Below are positions 35,199 to 43,376 of a DNA stretch of 45,778 bases, piece after piece. The first letter of the stretch is position 1. Each line of letters opens with the position of its first letter. Source of the stretch: a virus (Duplodnaviria > Caudoviricetes); IMG/VR virus record IMGVR_UViG_3300044648_000086, positions 1 through 45,778 of that record. One strand, written 5' to 3'. The translations under genes were made by a program, and so were the position numbers. The notes beneath the pieces are model-generated. The model saw nothing but the letters and a program-made list of their open reading frames with translations, did not search any database and had not been told where the DNA came from.

Positions 35199-35482
35199 GA
35201 AGGGCTTCCGATCAGATTCCCATTCGATGCTTCCACGCTGAGCATGAGCCGCCTACGCTGGGAAGCCTCGAAACTCAATTCGTCGAAGGTCTTGCCGTGA
35301 ACCACCTTGCACACGTAGTTGCGCAGCGCGCCGGCAGCATCGGTCCCAGCCTCCGCGCAGATACGGCGAAACGCCTGCTCCGTGTCGGCGTCGACCTTGG
35401 TCTGCAGCGGTTCGGTCAGCGTGCCGATCGGGCTGTGCACGCCGGTGCGGTGCTGCAGCGGCGCAGGTGAGGATTCGGACAT
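35195..35482 (-). CDS. Small putative DNA-binding protein (CII position, RHH-like)
   Basis: Directly downstream of cro; strand-helix-helix-like LQTKVD...AFRRIC...GALRNYV. Confidence 0.6.
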   Translation of the reverse strand: MSESSPAPLQHRTGVHSPIGTLTEPLQTKVDADTEQAFRRICAEAGTDAAGALRNYVCKVVHGKTFDELSFEASQRRRLMLSVEASNGNLIGSPS

Positions 35483-35501
35483 GGTCAGCAACTCCAGGTG
35501 T

Positions 35502-35747
35502 TCAGGTCGGCACGGCGTCAGGCAGGCCCTTGCGGACGCCGTCCTGGGCCTTGGCTCGGTCGGTCAAGTTGATCTCGCCCAGGGTTACAGCACCGGCCGA
35601 CACGGCGACGATGGCGTCGGCCAGGCCGAGCTCGATCCGCTTGCCGCAGGCGATCTGGTGGCAGTACCCGACGGTGGTGTGAACCTTCGCTGCGAAGGCC
35701 TCGCGCTGGTCGGGGGTCAGCTGGCGATAGAAGGTGCGGAAGTCCAT
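35502..35747 (-). CDS. cro: Cro-like HTH protein
   Basis: REAFAAKVHTTVGYCHQIACG; divergent from cI; promoter TTGCGC-N17-TATCTT. Confidence 0.8.
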   Translation of the reverse strand: MDFRTFYRQLTPDQREAFAAKVHTTVGYCHQIACGKRIELGLADAIVAVSAGAVTLGEINLTDRAKAQDGVRKGLPDAVPT

Positions 35748-35763
35748 GGGCTGGCCGCAAAGA

Positions 35764-35824
35764 TACCCGAAGGTAATGATTTGCGCAATACCCATGGGTC
35801 CTATGTCGAAAGTACCCACAGGTA
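35764..35824. promoter_or_regulatory. Three operators TACC-N4-GGT(A) between cro and cI
   Basis: TACCCGAAGGTA (35764), TACCCATGGGTC (35789), TACCCACAGGTA (35813); 24-25 bp spacing. Confidence 0.8.
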
Positions 35825-35837
35825 CAAAATCGGCAGC

Positions 35838-36764
35838 ATGCAGCTGACCCATGTCCCCCAACGAGGCGAGCTGTCTCGCCACCAGCAGCTGTTGGCCGAA
35901 ATCCGCGACAAGCTGTGCGACGGCAACGCTGCAGAGCTAGCACGCCAGATCGGCAAAGACGCCACCTATGTCAACCGGCTGTTCTATCCGGGCGGGAAGC
36001 CCGGCCGCAAGGGGATCGGTCTCGAGATCATGGCGGCATGCAATCGCGCGTTCCACCTTCCGGTGGGCTTCTGGGACCAGCAGCCACCCGCCCTGACCGA
36101 AGCAGTGGTCAAGCGCATTCAGGAATTCACTCAGATCCTGAGCAAGCCAGGGGTGTCACTCGGCGCCGAGTCCGAAGACGGTCGGGTAGTGGCATCCTTC
36201 CTCGATGAACGGAAGGCGGAATTGCTCGCGCGCGGGGCACAGTTGGATGTAGCGGCGAGTTCGGTTGCCGAGCCGCGCGCCGCCTACGGCATGACGCCCA
36301 TCCTGGCATGGGAGCACCCTGACGACCTGCCCGACGGCGAGTTCGTGATGGTGCCCCGCCTGGACGTGCACCTGTCGGCCGGCAACGGCCACGACCAGGT
36401 GCAGATCGAGCTCACGAAGGACAACCCGCAGGCCTTTCGCACCGAGTGGGTCCGGCTGATGCGGCTCAAGCCGAACAAGCTGGCCGCCATGCGCGCCTCC
36501 GGCGACAGCATGGAGCCGACCATCCACGACGGCGACAGCCTTCTGGTGGACACCTCGCAGACCGACGTCGTCGACGGCAAGGTCTACGCCCTCTGGTACG
36601 AGGGTGGCGAGCGGGTGAAAAGGTTGCACCTGCTCCCCGGTGGCGGCCTGCGCATCGAGAGCGACAACCCGCGATTCAAGGGGCTGGACCTCACCGGACC
36701 CGAGACCGAACACGTGCGCATCATCGGCCGCGTTGTGCACCGCAGCGGCATCGGGGGCCTGTGA
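35838..36764 (+). CDS. cI: CI repressor, HTH + S24 peptidase
   Basis: AELARQIGKDATYVNRL; LSAG cleavage site; GDSMEP; VKRL. Probably leaderless (ATG 35838). Confidence 0.9.
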   Translation: MQLTHVPQRGELSRHQQLLAEIRDKLCDGNAAELARQIGKDATYVNRLFYPGGKPGRKGIGLEIMAACNRAFHLPVGFWDQQPPALTEAVVKRIQEFTQILSKPGVSLGAESEDGRVVASFLDERKAELLARGAQLDVAASSVAEPRAAYGMTPILAWEHPDDLPDGEFVMVPRLDVHLSAGNGHDQVQIELTKDNPQAFRTEWVRLMRLKPNKLAAMRASGDSMEPTIHDGDSLLVDTSQTDVVDGKVYALWYEGGERVKRLHLLPGGGLRIESDNPRFKGLDLTGPETEHVRIIGRVVHRSGIGGL

Positions 36765-37039
36765 AACACCTGCGCCGCCTACTGCAGCTCTGGGGCCTGT
36801 CGATCGCCATCGGCTGGCTGCCAGCCACCTACCTCGCGCGCAGCGCTGACGCGCCGCTCTGGTACAGCGCCGCGGCCGGCCTTGTCGACGCTTCGATCGG
36901 CGGCGCGCTGGGGATCCTGGTTGGCGGCATCGTGCTGCTGGCCGGCCGCGACAACGCGGATGGTGGTATGAAGGTGGCACGCTGGGCGGCGGCCATCCCG
37001 GTGGCCCTGCTCTGGCTCGCGTTCCTGGTGACGCGATGA
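36761..37039 (+). CDS. Membrane protein (~3 TM) coupled to cI
   Basis: GTGA overlap with the cI stop; three hydrophobic stretches. Confidence 0.7.
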   Translation: MKHLRRLLQLWGLSIAIGWLPATYLARSADAPLWYSAAAGLVDASIGGALGILVGGIVLLAGRDNADGGMKVARWAAAIPVALLWLAFLVTR

Positions 37040-37161
37040 CCGAGACCGAGCGCCAGCTGCGCGAAGAGCTCGCGCAGGCCCGATTCCAGAACAAGCTGCT
37101 GACCGGCTTCGCAGCATTCTTCCTGCTCGCATGGCTGGTCACAGCCATCTACTTCCGCTAG
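37036..37161 (+). CDS. 41-aa single-TM peptide
   Basis: MTETERQLREELAQARFQNKLLTGFAAFFLLAWLVTAIYFR; ATGA-coupled; below the ORF-track size cut-off. Confidence 0.6.
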   Translation: MTETERQLREELAQARFQNKLLTGFAAFFLLAWLVTAIYFR

Positions 37162-37436
37162 CCCTCGCCATCCTGCTGGTCGCCGCGCAATCGATTGCGC
37201 GAGATCGCGCCCAGGTGCGCGCGTTCCGAGCGGATCACCCCTGCCCCTCCACCGGCCAGCACCGCGGCGCGTGCGCGGGCTGGCATGTTGACCACGTACG
37301 GCCGCTTTGCGCCGGCGGCGAGGACTCGCCGGCGAACATGCAGTGGATCTCCGTCGCCGATCACAGGTTCAAGACGCTGGTCGATGAGCGCGAGTGCAGG
37401 AGACTGCGGCGCAACGCCAACAGACCGGCGCATTAG
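37131..37436 (+). CDS. HNH nuclease with a probable signal peptide
   Basis: LLPLALAILLVAAQSIA followed by PCPST...C...VDHVRPL..GG.D...NMQW....H..K. Confidence 0.75.
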   Translation: MAGHSHLLPLALAILLVAAQSIARDRAQVRAFRADHPCPSTGQHRGACAGWHVDHVRPLCAGGEDSPANMQWISVADHRFKTLVDERECRRLRRNANRPAH

Positions 37437-37458
37437 GGTTTCCACCTAGAGATTCTTT

Positions 37459-37532
37459 TACCCGAGGGTATTGACGGGTAACGATACCCTCAGGTAAATT
37501 CACTCCCAACAGCCCGGATACCCCGGGTATTC
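37459..37532 (+). promoter_or_regulatory. Early promoter with two operators and a leader hairpin
   Basis: TACCCGAGGGTA (37459), TTGACG-N18-TAAATT, TACCCTCAGGTA (37485), hairpin CCGGATACC/GGTATTCGG. Confidence 0.8.
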
Positions 37533-37544
37533 GGAGTGAACCAG

Positions 37545-37799
37545 GTGATCCCCACCCTCGACGACATCCTTGCCGGCCTGCACGCCGGAACGTACACGGT
37601 GCAGCAGGCCAAGCCCTGGGTGGCCCAGCACATCCAGTCCGCCGTGGCCGAGGGCCGCACCCGCGACCTGTTCGCCGCCGCCGCGCTGGAGGGCAAGCTG
37701 GCCACCGGCATGAAGCCGGCCACGCCGGACGCCCTGGCGGTGGAGTGCTGGAGCTACGCCGACGCGATGGTCGCCTGCTGCCCGGAGGTGGTGTCGTGA
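37545..37799 (+). CDS. Hypothetical early protein
   Basis: RDLFAAAAL...YADAM motif common in phage early genes; RBS GGAG. Confidence 0.7.
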   Translation: MIPTLDDILAGLHAGTYTVQQAKPWVAQHIQSAVAEGRTRDLFAAAALEGKLATGMKPATPDALAVECWSYADAMVACCPEVVS

Positions 37800-38011
37800 G
37801 CGCGGCCGGTATGTCGCTGGCCGAGGCGCTTCCGCTCGAAATGGCGCGAGTGCGTGAAGTGCTCGGCCACTACCGCGAGATCGGCCCCGCAGGCATGTTC
37901 GGCGCGGCCTTCATCGAGCAGGACCTGCAAGCCGCGGACAAGGCCGTGATGAGCGGCGACATCGTCCAGATGCTGCAGGCCTACGAAACCCTGAAGGCGA
38001 TCAAGTCGTGA
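37796..38011 (+). CDS. Hypothetical early protein
   Basis: GTGA-coupled at both ends. Confidence 0.7.
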   Translation: MSAAGMSLAEALPLEMARVREVLGHYREIGPAGMFGAAFIEQDLQAADKAVMSGDIVQMLQAYETLKAIKS

Positions 38012-38262
38012 TCGGCCGCCTGATCAACCGGGTGCTCGACTGGCGCATCCGCCACCACAGCCAGCGCGCCGCCATCTTCGGCGCCGCCACGCTCGCCGCC
38101 CAGATCCGCCGCGACTGGCCGGCAGCTTCCCGCTTCCTCTCCCACATGCACGACGCCCAGGCCAAGCGCGACGCGCTGGCACGCCGCCGCTTCGCCACCA
38201 CCGGCTGCTGCAACGGCAACTGCAACGAAGGCCGCAGCTGCCCGCTGCGCGCCGCCCGCTGA
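38008..38262 (+). CDS. Hypothetical protein with C-terminal CCNGNCNEGRSCP
   Basis: Cys motif; coupled to the upstream gene. Confidence 0.7.
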   Translation: MIGRLINRVLDWRIRHHSQRAAIFGAATLAAQIRRDWPAASRFLSHMHDAQAKRDALARRRFATTGCCNGNCNEGRSCPLRAAR

Positions 38263-38291
38263 TTTCCACCCACCACCTGAAAGGTTCTCCC

Positions 38292-38795
38292 ATGAGCGCT
38301 GCGCTTTCCAACGCATCTGCCGACTTCACCCTCGGTGATGTCTCCGTCCACCTGTCCTGCAGCTCCGCGACGGAACTGCTGACCGCCCTGGCCGCATTCG
38401 GCAAGGCTCCCGCCGCGAACCAGCCGACGATCACGCCGCCGGCCCCCGTCGCCGACAAGCCCAAGGCCGAAGCCAAGCCCGCCGCCACTCCCGCGCCGAC
38501 CGCGGCACCGCAGGCGCAGCCCGAGGGAAACGTGTCTGCATCCACCGGCACCCAGGCATCTGCCCAGCCTGCGGCCAGTGGGTCCGCTGGCGCCGAGGGT
38601 GATTTCCACCAGCCGATCGACTACAAGGTCGTGCAGGCCAAGGTACTGGCGCTGTCGAAGAAGAGCCGCGAGATCGCGCTGGCCACGCTGGGCAAGTTCA
38701 CCGGCGTCAACGGCCAGCCCGTCGACCACGGCAACAAGCTGCAGCTGCACGACTACGCCGCCTTCGTGAAGGCCGCGGACGAGGCGCTGGCATGA
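38292..38795 (+). CDS. Hypothetical protein with a Pro/Ala linker, upstream of the DUF2800 gene
   Basis: RBS GAAAGG; low-complexity middle and helical C-terminal domain. Confidence 0.75.
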   Translation: MSAALSNASADFTLGDVSVHLSCSSATELLTALAAFGKAPAANQPTITPPAPVADKPKAEAKPAATPAPTAAPQAQPEGNVSASTGTQASAQPAASGSAGAEGDFHQPIDYKVVQAKVLALSKKSREIALATLGKFTGVNGQPVDHGNKLQLHDYAAFVKAADEALA

Positions 38796-39040
38796 AGTCG
38801 ACCCGCCTGCTCGCGGCATTGGCCGTGGGGATGATGGCGAGCATGGGCGCCGCGGCCGCGCAGGTCATGCACAGCGCCCATGCGCCGCGGGCCCCGAAGA
38901 CCGCCGCTCCGTCCCGCACTGTCGGCAGCTCGCGCAACGGCGGCCGCCGCAGCAGCAACCGCGCCGTGCAGCGCGCCGCCGTCAAAGCCCGCAACGTCCA
39001 GCGCCATCGCGCGCACACGAAGGGGCGCAACCATGAGTGA
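38792..39040 (+). CDS. Small basic protein with a hydrophobic N-terminus
   Basis: Coupled at both ends. Confidence 0.6.
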   Translation: MKSTRLLAALAVGMMASMGAAAAQVMHSAHAPRAPKTAAPSRTVGSSRNGGRRSSNRAVQRAAVKARNVQRHRAHTKGRNHE

Positions 39041-40262
39041 CATCCGCACGCACGCTATCTGCAGCCCCAGCGGCGCGGCCGGCTGGATGCGCTGCGCCGG
39101 CTGGCGCGGCGGCACCGAGGGCAATGAGTACAGCCGCGAGGGCACCGCGGCGCACGAACTGGGCCAGCAATGCCTGGAGACCGACAGCAACGCGGCCGAC
39201 CACATCGGTCGGGTGATCACCGTCGAGGGCCAGGCCTTCACCGTCGACGCCGACATGGCCGAGGCCGTGCAGCGCTACGTCGACCTGGTGCGCCAGCTGC
39301 GCGACGGCACCGGCGGCGAGCTGCTGGTCGAACAGCGCCTGCCGATCGACCACATCACCGGCGAGGACGGCGCCAAGGGCACCAGCGACGCCGTGGTGGT
39401 GGCCGGCGACGAGCTGATCGTGGCCGACCTGAAGTTCGGCCGCGGCGTGGAAGTCGACGCGGTGGAGAACGAGCAGCTGCAGATGTACGCGCTGGGCGCG
39501 CTGCGTGAGTTCGAGCTCGTGAACGACTTCAAGACGGTGCGCATGGTGGTGATCCAGCCGCGGCTGCATCACGTGAGCGAGTGGAGCATCACGGTCGACC
39601 AGCTGCGCTCGTTCGGCGAGACCGCGCGCGTCGCGGCCAGCGCCGCCTTGAACCAGACCCCGGGCAACCTGGGCCTGCAGCCCGGCGAGAAGCAGTGCCG
39701 CTGGTGTGCCAACAAGGCCGCCTGCCCGGCGCTGGCGGACTTCGTCGAGCAGACCACCGGCGCCGACTTCGACGTCGTGGATCCGCCGGCGAACCTGTCG
39801 AAGCTGGACGCCCAGTTCACCAGCGCGCTGTCCGACGACTACCTGGCCACCGCCATGTCGGCCGCCGACCTGATCGAGCACTGGCTGAAAGCCGTGCGCG
39901 CGGAAGTCGAGCGCCGCCTGCTGGCTGGCAAGCCCGTGCCCGGCTTCAAGCTGGTGCTGGGCAAGCAGGGCAACCGCAAGTGGGTCGACGAGGACGCGGC
40001 GATCAAGATGCTGCGCGAGACCTTCCGCCTGCCGGTGGAAAAGGCCTTCGACCTTTCCCCGATCTCGCCGACCACGGCCGAAAAGCTGCACAAGGCCGGC
40101 GACATCGGCCCGCGCCAATGGCCCAAGTTGGCGCCGCTGATCGGCCGCGCCGAGGCCAAGCCTTCGGTGGCGCCCGCCTCCGACAAGCGCGACGCCTGGG
40201 TGCCGCCCAACGTCGCCGACGACTTCGAACCCGTGGCCGAAGAGGCCAGTGACTTGGCATGA
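39033..40262 (+). CDS. DUF2800 / Cas4-like PD-(D/E)xK nuclease
   Basis: HAICSPS...WMRC; EGTAAH; GTSD; DLKFG; QLQMYALGA; CRWC...C. Confidence 0.9.
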   Translation: MSDIRTHAICSPSGAAGWMRCAGWRGGTEGNEYSREGTAAHELGQQCLETDSNAADHIGRVITVEGQAFTVDADMAEAVQRYVDLVRQLRDGTGGELLVEQRLPIDHITGEDGAKGTSDAVVVAGDELIVADLKFGRGVEVDAVENEQLQMYALGALREFELVNDFKTVRMVVIQPRLHHVSEWSITVDQLRSFGETARVAASAALNQTPGNLGLQPGEKQCRWCANKAACPALADFVEQTTGADFDVVDPPANLSKLDAQFTSALSDDYLATAMSAADLIEHWLKAVRAEVERRLLAGKPVPGFKLVLGKQGNRKWVDEDAAIKMLRETFRLPVEKAFDLSPISPTTAEKLHKAGDIGPRQWPKLAPLIGRAEAKPSVAPASDKRDAWVPPNVADDFEPVAEEASDLA

Positions 40263-40699
40263 GCTCGCGCGAACGTTCGCTGCTCTACAAGGTGTGGTTC
40301 GCGATGAAGTCGCGATGCCACAACCCTGCCGACAAGTCCTGGGCTCGGTATGGGGGGCGGGGGATCGTGGTCTGCGATCGCTGGCGCGATAGCGTCGAGA
40401 GCTTCATTGCCGACATGGGGCCGCGCCCGCCCGGCCACACGGTAGACCGCCGAGACAACAACGGCAACTACGACCCGAACAACTGCCGCTGGGCGACGCC
40501 GCGACAGCAATCGGAAAACCGGCGTCCGCAAGCACGCAGCACCACCGGAATCTCCGGCGTGGCTTGGCACGCGGGTGTCGGAGCGTTTCAAGCCTACATC
40601 CGCAGCGATCGCAAGGCGCACCACTTGGGCACGACGCGGGACTTCTTCGAGGCGTGCTGCCTGCGCAAAGCCGCCGAACTTCATTTCTTCACCACCTGA
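40259..40699 (+). CDS. HNH/AP2-type homing endonuclease
   Basis: MKSRC...YGGRGI.VC..W...DR.DNNGNY.P.NCRWAT; TGISGV.W...HLG. Confidence 0.85.
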   Translation: MSSRERSLLYKVWFAMKSRCHNPADKSWARYGGRGIVVCDRWRDSVESFIADMGPRPPGHTVDRRDNNGNYDPNNCRWATPRQQSENRRPQARSTTGISGVAWHAGVGAFQAYIRSDRKAHHLGTTRDFFEACCLRKAAELHFFTT

Positions 40700-40709
40700 A
40701 AGCACCACC

Positions 40710-41270
40710 ATGAGCAAGCTCAAACTCGCCGACGTTCGGCTCTCGTTCCCCGACCTGTTCGAGGCCGTCCAGTTCCAGGGCGCCGGCCCCTTCAGCTATC
40801 GCGCCTCGTTCCTGCTGCCGCCGAACCACCCGCAGAAGGCGGCGATCGACGCGGCGATCAAGGCCGTCGCCGCAGAGAAGTGGGGCGCCAAGGCCCCGCA
40901 GATCCTGCCGGGCATCCTGGGCACGTCGAACAAGTGCTGTTTCGTCGACGGCAACACGAAGGCCTATGACGGCTACGCCGGCAACTGGGCGCTGACCACC
41001 ACCCGCCCGCAGGAAAAGGGCCGCCCGCTGGTTCTCGACCAGGCGAAGAACCCGCTGGTGGCCGCCGACGGCAAGCCCTACGCCGGCTGCTACGTGAACG
41101 CCAGCGTGGAGTTCTGGGCGCAGGACAACCAGTACGGCAAGGCCATCCGCTGCACGCTGCTGGGCGTCCAGTTCCTGCGCGATGGCGACGCGTTCGGCGG
41201 CGGCAGCGTCGCCAACCCCGACGACTTCGAAGACATCGCGGCCGGCGCCAGCGCCGACGCGCTGGCCTGA
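40710..41270 (+). CDS. ssDNA-binding protein (DUF2815 / T7 gp2.5-like)
   Basis: VRLSFPDLF; YAGCYVNA; LLGVQF.RDG..FGG; acidic tail. Confidence 0.9.
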   Translation: MSKLKLADVRLSFPDLFEAVQFQGAGPFSYRASFLLPPNHPQKAAIDAAIKAVAAEKWGAKAPQILPGILGTSNKCCFVDGNTKAYDGYAGNWALTTTRPQEKGRPLVLDQAKNPLVAADGKPYAGCYVNASVEFWAQDNQYGKAIRCTLLGVQFLRDGDAFGGGSVANPDDFEDIAAGASADALA

Positions 41271-41277
41271 CCTATCA

Positions 41278-41361
41278 CCCCGGCCTTCGGGCCGGATCCT
41301 TCGCACTGCGGCCGCCCTCACACGCGGAGAGGGGCCATGTAACAGGCCGCAGTGCAAAGGA
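41278..41361 (+). promoter_or_regulatory. UUCG hairpin followed by a long stem-loop
   Basis: CCGGCC-TTCG-GGCCGG, then TCCTTcGCACTGCGGCC...GGCCGCAGTGCaAAGGA. Confidence 0.55.
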
Positions 41362-41374
41362 CACGGGGGACACC

Positions 41375-41761
41375 ATGCTCACTGACAAAGAAATCATCGA
41401 CGCCGTTGTCGGCGCGCCGGCCGGCTGGACCAGCAGCACCACGCTGCTGGCCGTGGGCCGCGCGGTCGAAGCCAAGGTGCTCGCCAAGCACGCCGGCCTG
41501 CACGCCGCGGTGCACGAGGTGCTGCGCAACCAGGAGCAGTTCGGCATGCAGCGCGACCCGAGCTACCGGCTGCTGGCCGGCGCCGTCGGCCGCGACTGGG
41601 ACCGGCCGGGCTACGACGTGCGGACGCCTCGGGCAGACGCCGTCCACTACGACGCCGTCCACTACAACGCCGACGGCAGCGTGCGCGAGCGGTACGAAGG
41701 GCCTATTCCAGGCACCGCTGGCGTGGCATTACCTGCAAAGGGGCACGACGATGGCCGCTGA
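41375..41761 (+). CDS. Hypothetical accessory protein
   Basis: RBS GGGGGA; ends in the AGV junction motif. Confidence 0.7.
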   Translation: MLTDKEIIDAVVGAPAGWTSSTTLLAVGRAVEAKVLAKHAGLHAAVHEVLRNQEQFGMQRDPSYRLLAGAVGRDWDRPGYDVRTPRADAVHYDAVHYNADGSVRERYEGPIPGTAGVALPAKGHDDGR

Positions 41762-42119
41762 AACTGTCCCGCTCCCGTTGACCGATGCGCAGATGCTGCT
41801 GGCCTGGATGGACGAAACCTTCGGCAACGACAGTGGCACCGACTGGCACGACGAGGACGCCGCTGCTGTTGGCGATGCCCTGAACGCGGCGATCGAGAAC
41901 TTCAAGCGGATGCGCGCCGCCTGTGGCGTGGCATTGCCCGCATCGGCTGGTTACAAGCTGGTCCCGGTGGAGCCGACGAAGGCGATGCGCAGGGCCGGTG
42001 CCGATGTGTGGGCTGAGCGTTCCGGCCATGTCACTCAAGTCACCGGCGCGATGTATCGGGCCATGCTCGACGCTGCGCCGGAAGCGCCCGCTGGCGTGGC
42101 AATACCTGGGGAGGGTTAG
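41751..42119 (+). CDS. Two-module accessory protein (C-terminal LVPVEPT..M...YRAM...AP module)
   Basis: The two modules are joined at an internal CGV junction motif. Confidence 0.7.
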   Translation: MAAETVPLPLTDAQMLLAWMDETFGNDSGTDWHDEDAAAVGDALNAAIENFKRMRAACGVALPASAGYKLVPVEPTKAMRRAGADVWAERSGHVTQVTGAMYRAMLDAAPEAPAGVAIPGEG

Positions 42120-42121
42120 CC

Positions 42122-42307
42122 ATGAGCACCATCGGACTCGCCGCCCTGCTGTTCGGCACCGGCCCTGTTGCCGCACTGATCCTGATCGCCATGCACCGTC
42201 GCAGGAAGCACCGCGAGGACGTGGCGGCATGGGAGCGGGCGCAAGAGGGGCGCGCTCGTATGCGTACCGCTGGCGTGTTGGGCACTTCGGAGGACAAGAA
42301 TGGCTGA
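42122..42307 (+). CDS. Small single-TM accessory protein
   Basis: Hydrophobic N-terminus followed by RRRK. Confidence 0.65.
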   Translation: MSTIGLAALLFGTGPVAALILIAMHRRRKHREDVAAWERAQEGRARMRTAGVLGTSEDKNG

Positions 42308-42698
42308 CCCTCACTTCACCCTGGAGGCAGCCATCGAGCACCTTGTGCGCTGCCAGAACCTGAGCGGCAGCAGGCCCATGCGGTTGACGATCCGCAAGCA
42401 CAACCCAGGCGGCATGTCCGGCCACGGCACCACCGAGGTGGAGAGCATCGCAGCAGGCTTCGACTGGACGGCAGGACAGGTGATCGTCTACCCGGCCAAG
42501 CCGCTGACCGAACTCACGCCGGAACAGGTCGAGGCCATCGAGAAAAGCGTCCGCGCCGGCAGTAGCTGGCACGCCTACGAGGCACAGAAGAAGCTGCGCG
42601 AGCGGGCGTTGAAGGCTGAGGCCCGCGTTGCCGAACTGGAGCAGCAGCTTGCCGGCACCGCTGGCGTGACACCGTCTGATGGAGCCGATCATGGATGA
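42300..42698 (+). CDS. Hypothetical accessory protein
   Basis: RBS GGAGG; coiled-coil C-terminus. Confidence 0.7.
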   Translation: MADPHFTLEAAIEHLVRCQNLSGSRPMRLTIRKHNPGGMSGHGTTEVESIAAGFDWTAGQVIVYPAKPLTELTPEQVEAIEKSVRAGSSWHAYEAQKKLRERALKAEARVAELEQQLAGTAGVTPSDGADHG

Positions 42699-42918
42699 GC
42701 CAATCGCCGTCGCTTGCAACATCCCCTACGACCTGCACGACGCCTTCCGCGAACTGCTGCCGCGCGCCCAGCGGGCCGGTGATGTAGGAAAGCTCATCGC
42801 CATGTGCTTTGAAGCCGGGGTTGCCGCAGAACGTGAGGCTTGTGCGCTTGCCGCCGAGCAAGCGTTCTCGGACGCGAAGCCCTACAGCGCCGCCAGCTAC
42901 ATCAGGAGCCGCGAATGA
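42691..42918 (+). CDS. Hypothetical accessory protein (AAEREACA motif)
   Basis: RBS GGAG; coupled to neighbours. Confidence 0.7.
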   Translation: MDEPIAVACNIPYDLHDAFRELLPRAQRAGDVGKLIAMCFEAGVAAEREACALAAEQAFSDAKPYSAASYIRSRE

Positions 42919-43376
42919 CGAAGGACTGTACCCCCATCGAATACTGCAACCGCTTCATGGAAGGCAAGCCGTGCGAGTGCTTCCCGACAGCGGCCATCTG
43001 CCAAGCCTGCAACAAAGACTTGAGCGAACACGTCCGCTGCCACTGCCCGTGGCAAGCAATGTGGCGCAGCCCGAGCGGCGCGGACTATCGAAAGATCGAC
43101 GACCAGTGGCGTCTCTTCATTGGGCTGGGGGTGCGCTGGCAATCGTCAACTCGCGTCCCACCGCTGACGGCCGAGATCCTTGACAGCTTGGCCGCCGCAG
43201 CCGGGCTGCTGCGCAGGCTGACCACATCCCATTGCGGCTCCGGCGAAGAGGTCGCCACCCGCATTGATGCCGTGGCGTTCCTTGCGAACCGCATCGACAC
43301 CTGTGGCGTGTCACGCCCCGATTCCCAGACGTTTTGCACTGCAGGTACTGATGGATCTGGAAAGGCCCAGCAGTGA
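42915..43376 (+). CDS. Cys-rich accessory protein
   Basis: ATGA/GTGA-coupled to its neighbours. Confidence 0.65.
   Translation: MTKDCTPIEYCNRFMEGKPCECFPTAAICQACNKDLSEHVRCHCPWQAMWRSPSGADYRKIDDQWRLFIGLGVRWQSSTRVPPLTAEILDSLAAAAGLLRRLTTSHCGSGEEVATRIDAVAFLANRIDTCGVSRPDSQTFCTAGTDGSGKAQQ

Larger units (their letters stand above)
41716..43319 (+). repeat. Six dispersed junction motifs C(GC/TG)TGGCGTG-N7-CY
   Basis: Cores at 41717, 41922, 42090, 42269, 42660 and 43302. Confidence 0.75.

Noticed and set aside
41636-41665. 15-bp tandem duplication (DAVHY x2)
   Set aside because: A simple in-frame slippage duplication with no further structure.
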